Positions 57,882 to 64,000 of a stretch of DNA of 64,000 nucleotides are shown piece after piece (positions within the stretch are counted from its first letter, which is position 1; every line of letters begins with the position of its first letter). Source of the DNA: Nitrospirota bacterium (GTDB lineage Bacteria; Nitrospirota; UBA9217). Where the stretch lies: contig CAVVOB010000020.1 of NCBI GenBank assembly GCA_963749655.1, positions 40,854-104,853 of the forward strand, written 5' to 3'. The notes below the pieces were generated by a model. It saw only the letters and a program-made list of their open reading frames with translations, was not told the origin of the DNA and searched no databases. The position numbers were made by a program, and so were the translations under genes.

Positions 57882-58105
57882 CCCTTTTTCAATCCTGCAC
57901 AGCAGCCCTCTGAGCTGGTATGATCCAAAGGCCGGGTCGTAGGGAAGCGCGTTGTTCGTCAGCACGTTCGCGTTGGAATCGAAGATCCCGTGGTCCGGCC
58001 CGGGCCGCCCGGGAACCACCAGCCGTGCTCAACATTGATGCTGCTGGGTGTCATGTCTTCGGCGGCCAGTGCTTTCATGGAGAAACTCTGTCCGTTCTCG
58101 CTCCC
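57882..58105 (-). pseudogene. duplicated 3' fragment (about 73 codons) of the molybdopterin oxidoreductase gene
   Basis: It reads ...FSMKALAAEDMTPSSINVEHGWWFPG / RPGPDHGIFDSNANVLTNNALPYDPAFGSYQLRGLLCRIEKG, with one frameshift and a lost stop. Compare the C-terminus of 60112..62214: ...IRMKALVTEDIAPGVINVEHGWWFPEKPGPEHGIFDSNANVLTNNAPPYDPAFGSYQLRGLLCRIVKG. Confidence 0.85.
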
Positions 58106-58292
58106 ACGGAAGATGAAGGATCTCGGCCTGGTATCTTTGCGTTGATTGTTACGGGCCGGGGAAAGGGAACTTCCGGTCTTGCTTTTCCGAAAATTTAGGG
58201 TCAACGACATGATAGCGGGAGAAAGGGGCTTGTACTGCGGGCCGCTGTTGTCCCGTGTGCCTGACGGACGAGGCCGAATATCCTTCGCCCGG

Positions 58293-60032
58293 CTACGGCT
58301 GTTCCACATACACCGGGCTGTCGCCGAGGTTGAGCGTCACCGATCCGTCCGAGACGGGATCACTGGTAACCGTGAACGAATTCGCGTAACCTGCCGCAGT
58401 AACTTCCGCTCCGGTGGCGTACATGGGGAGCGCTTCCGTGACGGTCACCGTAGCGCTGTTCAGCCCGGAAATCGCGACCGCCCGGACGTTTCCGGAGGCA
58501 TAGGAAGGATCATTGAAGTAATCCCACCAGGCAACATAGATCGCTTTCCCGTTCTTGAGGAAGCGGTATACATAGACGTCGTTGACTTCCTGCACGGTGG
58601 CGATGGCGTTCCAGTCGGACCCTTCGAGTTTCTCCGTCATTTTCTGGTACGCGAAATATGCGAGTTTCTTCTGACCCGTCGTAAGGTCGCCCTGCACTGC
58701 ACTGTTGTAAATCAATCCAGTGTAGTCAAAATAAGCTCCGTCGAACTTGAAGCCGTCCATGATGCCGAAGCCGGAAAAAACGACCTTGATTCCCAGGGAC
58801 AGCGGGTAGACGTACCGCTTGACGTAGTCAAGCGCCTGCTGGCGTTCGGTCTGCTGTGGGTACGACAAAGTCCCTTTTGATGCGATATCGCCTTTGAAAG
58901 TGCACATTTCCGTTATCCAGACCGGAACGGAGGTAAACCCGTCTCCATCGAGCACTGACCGGATATGGCGATACACGTCGCCCGCGCCCCGGTAGTCTCC
59001 TGTCGCTTGTCCGTACCAGTGAAAATCCATGACATCCAGATATTGCCCGTGAAGGGCATCGAGATAGGGTTTGAAATCACGGTCGAATGCAGTGATGTAG
59101 TCGGAAGCCGGCGGAAAACCGCCGACCCCTCCGATAAGAACGGTGCAATCGGGACAGGCTGCTTTGATGGCCAGGTAGGTTATGCGCTGCAGATCGGCAA
59201 AGGTCGTCGTTTGCGATTCCCAGGGCTCATTATCCACCTGCCAGTACTTGATAGGATTGACGAGGCCCGGCATGCTGTCCGGTCCCGGGACGGAGTATCG
59301 TTTTACGACGGCTTGCACGAAAGCAGTATATTGGGCCTCATCGATCGGCGAATAGGAACCCGCCACGAAGTAACCGCTTGCGCCGAGCGGCTGCGCCGTT
59401 ATATTTGCCAGAACGGTCATCCCCTGCGGAATGCTTCCGTACTCGAAATCGTAAAGGGTAAAATCATATGTCTGTGTTGCTAAATCAGGCTGCACAACCG
59501 ACCAGAACGCATAGAGCTCGCTCCTCGTCCATGTTGCCCCGAGCGTCCAGGAATCGGTATAATCATTGGTAGTTCCCGGGGACCCGATTTTCGCCGGTTG
59601 GATGCCAAAGGGACTTAGACTGGTCGTGAATGCCCAACTATAATCGCTCATCATCGCATTTCCTTCGAGATCCTTCACGCCCGTGGTAATCGTAGCCGTA
59701 TAGGTAGTCAGGGAGGTCAGATTCGTATCTGGCACGAATTGGGCTGTTCCCTGGCTCAGGACGATGGTGCCGCTCACCGAGATATCGCTGCCGTCCTTCA
59801 GGGTGAACGTAGCGGTATTGACGGTGGTGCTGTCCATTGCTCGGCTAAACGTGGCCACGACAGCCGAGGTGACGGCAACCCCGGTCGCACCCGCGGAAGG
59901 ATACGCTGCGATAACCGTGGGCGTGACCTGTGGTCCGGTACTGCCGCTGCAGCCCCCGCCGCAGGACGGGAAAATGGATGCCAGGGCTATCATGACAAGA
60001 ATGATCACAGCCGAATCGCATATACGAGACAT
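58293..60032 (-). CDS. paralogous secreted lipoprotein: one Ig-like domain plus a GH-A-like domain
   Basis: ATG 60032 and lipobox-like FPSC. WQVDNEP and VWITEM. The DNA is about 85-90% identical to 55484..57592 over the 3' two thirds (by eye). Confidence 0.7.
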   Translation of the reverse strand: MSRICDSAVIILVMIALASIFPSCGGGCSGSTGPQVTPTVIAAYPSAGATGVAVTSAVVATFSRAMDSTTVNTATFTLKDGSDISVSGTIVLSQGTAQFVPDTNLTSLTTYTATITTGVKDLEGNAMMSDYSWAFTTSLSPFGIQPAKIGSPGTTNDYTDSWTLGATWTRSELYAFWSVVQPDLATQTYDFTLYDFEYGSIPQGMTVLANITAQPLGASGYFVAGSYSPIDEAQYTAFVQAVVKRYSVPGPDSMPGLVNPIKYWQVDNEPWESQTTTFADLQRITYLAIKAACPDCTVLIGGVGGFPPASDYITAFDRDFKPYLDALHGQYLDVMDFHWYGQATGDYRGAGDVYRHIRSVLDGDGFTSVPVWITEMCTFKGDIASKGTLSYPQQTERQQALDYVKRYVYPLSLGIKVVFSGFGIMDGFKFDGAYFDYTGLIYNSAVQGDLTTGQKKLAYFAYQKMTEKLEGSDWNAIATVQEVNDVYVYRFLKNGKAIYVAWWDYFNDPSYASGNVRAVAISGLNSATVTVTEALPMYATGAEVTAAGYANSFTVTSDPVSDGSVTLNLGDSPVYVEQP

Positions 60033-60111
60033 TGTTTCTACCTTTCCTCGACACCGTGCCGAGTGAATTTTCAACCATTCTTTCTGATAAGCGGTATCTC
60101 GCCAAGAGGCA

Positions 60112-62214
60112 TTACCCCTTTACAATCCGGCAAAGCAGCCCCCTGAGCTGGTATGACCCAAAGGCCGGGTCATAGGGCGGCGCATTGTTTGTCAGCACGT
60201 TTGCATTGGAATCGAAGATTCCGTGCTCAGGCCCTGGTTTTTCAGGGAACCACCAGCCGTGCTCGACATTGATGACTCCCGGAGCGATGTCCTCGGTTAC
60301 GAGGGCTTTCATTCTTATGCTGCCCCGGGGCGAGGTGATCACGACGTCGTCTCCGTGAACGATGCCGTGCCTGGCTGCAATGTCCGGGTGCAGCTCCACC
60401 TGAGGGTCGGGGCGCTGCTTCCTGAGGGACTTGATCTGCCGGTGCTCGCTGTGGAAAAATTCGCGCCGCCTGCTGCCCGTGGTCAGCACATAGGGAAACT
60501 CTTCGGCGAGCTTCGGCGCCGAGACCGGACTTTCGGGCGGCTCGACAAAGGACGGAAGCGGATCGTAGCCCAGACGCTCCAGCGACTTGCAGTAGAGCTC
60601 CACTTTCCGCGACGGCGTGCGGAAGCCCTTCTTCTCGAACTTCCGGTACTCGTGGGGCGGATAGTGGAACACCTTCTCCTTCAGCTCGTCGTAGGTGATC
60701 CCGAGGGGCTCCAGCTGATAGTTCATCACATCGCGAAGGTTCTCTTCGCTGCCGGGAAGGCCGAGCCTTTTCGAAAGCTCGTCCATGATCCATTCATCCT
60801 GCCTGCATTCAGCGCGCTGCACCATCTTGCGCTGCGCCATGACCATGTTCTCAACCACCAGAGGGTAGCCGATCACCTGCTCGACCTCGGGGCCGAAGGC
60901 AGCGGGAAGAACGTAGTCCGCCATGGCTGCCGAAGGCGTCATGAACAGGTCGGTCGCCACGAGAAGGTCGAGCTTTTGGAGACTTTCATGGACCTCGCGG
61001 GAGTTGGCCACCGTGGCAAGGGGATTGTTGCCGAAGAGCATGAGCGTCCTGATGCGGTAGGGGTCGCCGGTCCTCATTGCCCGGTACAGAGCGGGGATAT
61101 GGGCCGAGGGCATGAAGGCCCGCCATCCGCCGAGGAGCTTGTACTGCTCTCCGCCGAGCCGCTTCTTGAGCATGCCTTCGGGAAGCTTTTCCTTCAGCGT
61201 GGGGTAGGCGCGGATGATGTTCATGCCCAGGATGTCGCCCCCGGGCACGTCGATATTGCCGGTCAATGCCCGCAGGAGCGAGACCGCCCTGACGGTCTGG
61301 AGGGAATTGACATTCTGTTCGATGGCAAGGCCCCATTCGAGGATTGCCGGCTTGTTCGTGGCATAGGTCCGGGCCGCCTGCGCGATGTCCGCTGCCTTGA
61401 CCCAGGTGATCTTCTCGGCCCAGGCAGGCGTGCAGGTCGAAACGCGGGCCTTGAGCTCGTCGAATCCCACGGTCCACTTCCCGACGAATTCCCTGTCAAA
61501 GAGGTCTTCCGCTATGATCGTGTTAATCATGGCAAGCGCCAGGGCCGCATCCGTGCCCGGCCGCACCGGCAGCCACAGCTTGCACCGCTTGCCCGTCTCG
61601 GACCTGCGCGGGTCCACGCTGATCCCGATGCTGCCTGCGTCGAGCGCCCGTTGTGCCGCGATGGACAGCTCGCCGTCAGGGCTGGACACAATGGGGTTGT
61701 GGCCCCAGAAGAGTATGCATTTGGGTTTGACATCGCCGTAGTAGTCGCCCACAACGAAACCGCCGTAGGTCAGGTTGCTCACGGTGATGCGCGGGATGAA
61801 GCAGTTGGCGAGACCGGGCTCGTACCAGTTCGGCGTCCCCAGGGCATTCGCGAACCGCACGGTGTGCATGTAATGGTGCCTGCCCGTTCCCTGTCCCAGG
61901 GCAATGGATTCGGGACCCGTCTCTTTCCGGATCCCATCAAGGCGCGCTGCGATCTCTCCGAGCGCTTCGTCCCAGGTGATCCGTTCCCAGTTCCCTTCGC
62001 CGCGCTGGCCCTTTCTGCGAAGGGGGTACTCGAGCCGGTCCGGATGGTTCGCGATCTCGGGAGTTGCCAGGCCCTTCACGCACATCCAGCCCCGGCTCAT
62101 GGGAGACGCGGGGTCGCCCTTGACCGCCTTGACCTTTCCGTCCGCGATCGTCACGGCCATGCCGCATCCGCCATGGCAGATTCTGCAAACGCTTCTCAAG
62201 ACCTGCTCGGTCAT
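60112..62214 (-). CDS. molybdopterin-dependent oxidoreductase (DMSO reductase superfamily), no Tat signal
   Basis: The start was moved to ATG 62214. N-terminal CRICHGGCG...C 4Fe-4S motif, about 700 aa, with a C-terminal molybdopterin dinucleotide-binding domain. The ATGA overlaps the upstream GT2 stop. Confidence 0.85.
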   Translation of the reverse strand: MTEQVLRSVCRICHGGCGMAVTIADGKVKAVKGDPASPMSRGWMCVKGLATPEIANHPDRLEYPLRRKGQRGEGNWERITWDEALGEIAARLDGIRKETGPESIALGQGTGRHHYMHTVRFANALGTPNWYEPGLANCFIPRITVSNLTYGGFVVGDYYGDVKPKCILFWGHNPIVSSPDGELSIAAQRALDAGSIGISVDPRRSETGKRCKLWLPVRPGTDAALALAMINTIIAEDLFDREFVGKWTVGFDELKARVSTCTPAWAEKITWVKAADIAQAARTYATNKPAILEWGLAIEQNVNSLQTVRAVSLLRALTGNIDVPGGDILGMNIIRAYPTLKEKLPEGMLKKRLGGEQYKLLGGWRAFMPSAHIPALYRAMRTGDPYRIRTLMLFGNNPLATVANSREVHESLQKLDLLVATDLFMTPSAAMADYVLPAAFGPEVEQVIGYPLVVENMVMAQRKMVQRAECRQDEWIMDELSKRLGLPGSEENLRDVMNYQLEPLGITYDELKEKVFHYPPHEYRKFEKKGFRTPSRKVELYCKSLERLGYDPLPSFVEPPESPVSAPKLAEEFPYVLTTGSRRREFFHSEHRQIKSLRKQRPDPQVELHPDIAARHGIVHGDDVVITSPRGSIRMKALVTEDIAPGVINVEHGWWFPEKPGPEHGIFDSNANVLTNNAPPYDPAFGSYQLRGLLCRIVKG

Positions 62215-63215
62215 GATCCGCTCCTTTCGAGCTTTCGGCCCTGCTCCCGGCGAAGAATTCCCCAGAGGAATCCCGACCCGAGTGAGGCGGCCCTGATCGA
62301 AAGGAAGAACGGAGAAAGGAGACCCACGACCGGGTCGCGTCTGAGCGCCAGGAGAGCAAAAGGGGCCATCGTGAGGCAGTAGAAAATTACGGCTGCTGTA
62401 AGAGGATATGCGAAGGCGCCGGGCCACAGCGAGAACGCCGGCACCATGGCGAAGCAGAGGAAGAGAAAGAGGATCTGGAGCTTGAGGGTCTGGGGCGTGT
62501 AGGAGTCTTTCATCATCTTGTCCGGATACCTGCGGTAGACCACCATCCGCCAGTAGCCGCGGGAAAATTTGAGGCGGGCATAACGTGCTACCGTCGCCGG
62601 ATGGTTCAGGTGACAGACGACGGCAGCAGGATTGAAGACCATCTTCCGGCCCATGCGCGAGAGCTTGTAGGAGAGTTCGGTGTCCTCGTTGTTCGCAACG
62701 GGAAAGGATTCGTCGAACCCGCCGACGCTGTGAAAGACCTCGCGCCGATAGGCCGCTGAATAGGTGTCCACCATGTCGATGGAGGGGGCGTGTTTCAGCA
62801 TCTCGAAGCGCTCCTCGAACTCGACCTGGGCGAAACGGGCCGTGAGGGAGTGCTGGTTCGTCCGGTAGGCGCCTTTGACCGCGACCACCTCGGGGTCAAC
62901 AAAGGGCCTCGTCATCTCGGCGATCCAGTCGTGAGCGGGGACGCAGTCCGAATCGGTGAACAGGATGATCTCCCCGTGTGCTTCGCGGCTGCCGTGGTTT
63001 CGCGCTGCGGCAGGTCCTCTGTTCGCCTGGTGAAAATAGCGGACGGGAAACGTCTTCACGATCTCCGCGGTGTTGTCAATTGATCCGTCGTCCACGACGA
63101 GGACCTCGTACTGCGATGCAGCGATCGACTGGCGGGTGAGCGCCTGCAGGCACTGCGTCACGGTCTTGCCGGCATTGTACGCCGGTACGATCACGGAATA
63201 GCGGACAGCGGTCAT
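62211..63215 (-). CDS. family 2 glycosyltransferase with C-terminal TM helices
   Basis: YSVIVPAYNAGKT, VVDDGSID and TDSDC (DxD) motifs. The hydrophobic C-terminal 90 aa suggest membrane anchoring. Confidence 0.85.
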   Translation of the reverse strand: MTAVRYSVIVPAYNAGKTVTQCLQALTRQSIAASQYEVLVVDDGSIDNTAEIVKTFPVRYFHQANRGPAAARNHGSREAHGEIILFTDSDCVPAHDWIAEMTRPFVDPEVVAVKGAYRTNQHSLTARFAQVEFEERFEMLKHAPSIDMVDTYSAAYRREVFHSVGGFDESFPVANNEDTELSYKLSRMGRKMVFNPAAVVCHLNHPATVARYARLKFSRGYWRMVVYRRYPDKMMKDSYTPQTLKLQILFLFLCFAMVPAFSLWPGAFAYPLTAAVIFYCLTMAPFALLALRRDPVVGLLSPFFLSIRAASLGSGFLWGILRREQGRKLERSGS

Positions 63216-64000
63216 GCTTTCTGCCTCACGAACAGTTCTTGCACGATCCGTCGGATTTCGTCACATCCGAGCCCTTGATCAGATACTTCAAGAAGGTCCG
63301 GGCCGACTTGACGGTCCGTCTTCATCTCCGCGGGGTCCTTGAGCGCCTGCTTCAGCTTGTACCACACGTAGCCGGGCCTCAGGTAGAACTCCCTGCGCGC
63401 GTGATCGCAGAACCGGACGAGGTCTTCCGACGTAAGCGCTTCGGTCCGAACCACGGTGTTGTGGAGCCCCGCCGGGGTGATCCACTGGGAGAAGTCCTTG
63501 GTCGTGATCAGCCCGCGCTCCTGGTACCAGCGGTAGGCCGCGGTGCCGGGATAGACCATGATGGGGTAGAACTGGACCGTGTCCGGGCTCAGTCGCTTCG
63601 CGAGCTCCAGGGTCTGCTCCATGGTCTCCCGCGTCTCGCCGGGATGGCCCACCATGAAGCAGCCGTGGACCAGGATGCCCGCCTTCTTCGCGTCCGCCAC
63701 GAACTGCGGCATGCGGTCGACGGTGATCTTTTTCTTGATGTTCTCGAGCAGCATCGGGCTTCCGCTCTCGAAGCCCACGCACATGCACCGGCAGCCGGCG
63801 GCCTTCATGATCTTCATGGTCTCGTAATCGAGGTCCGCCCGGGCATTGATGGTCCAGGAAATTTTTATATTGCGCCTGATGATCTCCTCGGAGATCTCGA
63901 TGCAGCGTTTTTTGATCGCCGCAAAGGTGTCGTCCTCGAAGAACACGGACTTCACGCCCGGGAAGTTCTTGATGATGTACTCCACCTCATCCACCACGTT
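63212..64000 (-). CDS. B12-binding-type radical SAM protein, C-terminal 262 codons (5' end outside window)
   Basis: The sequence VFFEDDTF...GFESGS...LVHGCFMVGHPGET...QFYPIMVYPGT is typical of class B radical-SAM cores. The stop overlaps the GT2 start. Confidence 0.75.
   Translation of the reverse strand, partial: NVVDEVEYIIKNFPGVKSVFFEDDTFAAIKKRCIEISEEIIRRNIKISWTINARADLDYETMKIMKAAGCRCMCVGFESGSPMLLENIKKKITVDRMPQFVADAKKAGILVHGCFMVGHPGETRETMEQTLELAKRLSPDTVQFYPIMVYPGTAAYRWYQERGLITTKDFSQWITPAGLHNTVVRTEALTSEDLVRFCDHARREFYLRPGYVWYKLKQALKDPAEMKTDRQVGPDLLEVSDQGLGCDEIRRIVQELFVRQKA

Noticed and set aside
60223-62382. 719-aa ORF on the + strand
   Set aside because: It is antisense to the molybdopterin oxidoreductase gene. 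It is Arg/Gly/His-rich and motif-less.
62211-64000. Assignment of the GT2 and radical-SAM pair to hopanoid side-chain genes hpnI/hpnJ
   Set aside because: The radical-SAM C-terminal region is reminiscent of HpnJ-like proteins. However, the GT2 lacks the N-terminal TM architecture I associate with HpnI, and no shc or hpnH/G/K genes are present. I cannot run the TIGR03471/TIGR03472 HMMs, so I left it as a generic call.

Overview
A 64-kb stretch of bacterial chromosome, roughly 58-60% GC by eye. I cannot assign taxonomy. The gene content is ADP-forming acetyl-CoA synthetase, a cytoplasmic molybdopterin oxidoreductase, B12-type radical-SAM enzymes, many PAS/GGDEF/EAL/PilZ proteins and a four-helix-bundle 'IVS' protein with G-rich flanks, which fits an anaerobic deltaproteobacterium- or Nitrospirota-like organism.

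Most of the window is housekeeping:
- argG-argH, a cyclophilin, bacterioferritin, panC, a rhomboid protease and RNase G.
- A long minus-strand cell-shape operon, mreB-mreC-mreD-mrdA-rodA, followed by a TIGR03960-like radical-SAM gene.
- tpx, cspA, pepF, tRNA-Val and tRNA-Asp, a ClC channel, deoC and a class IV aminotransferase.

Accessory or unusual content:
1. A GIY-YIG nuclease gene sits between an intact tRNA-Asp and a duplicated tRNA-Asp 3' half.
2. A four-helix-bundle (23S-IVS/Avd-like) gene is bracketed by a perfect 15-bp inverted repeat. Related gene-less G-rich hairpins or tandem repeats occur at three other intergenic sites.
3. A 5.3-kb GC-rich block (acd, four-helix-bundle gene, DRTGG/Pta-like gene, CrtI-like oxidoreductase) is riddled with frame changes, mostly in the +1 direction. 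This is most likely consensus error, but real pseudogenisation is possible. Isolated frameshifts also occur in five other genes.
4. An AT-rich islet carries a DUF4258/YgiT toxin-antitoxin pair and iteron-like repeats.
5. An omptin-like protease and a second beta-barrel OMP lie next to a hybrid histidine kinase, a GGDEF-EAL protein and a PilZ protein.
6. A tandem segmental duplication produced two Ig-like/GH-clan-A-like lipoproteins and a 3' fragment of the molybdopterin oxidoreductase gene.
7. A translationally coupled radical-SAM, GT2 and molybdopterin oxidoreductase operon has unknown function.

I found no CRISPR array, rRNA, transposase, reverse transcriptase or recognisable multi-gene defence system. 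All family assignments come from reading motifs in the supplied translations, not from database searches.
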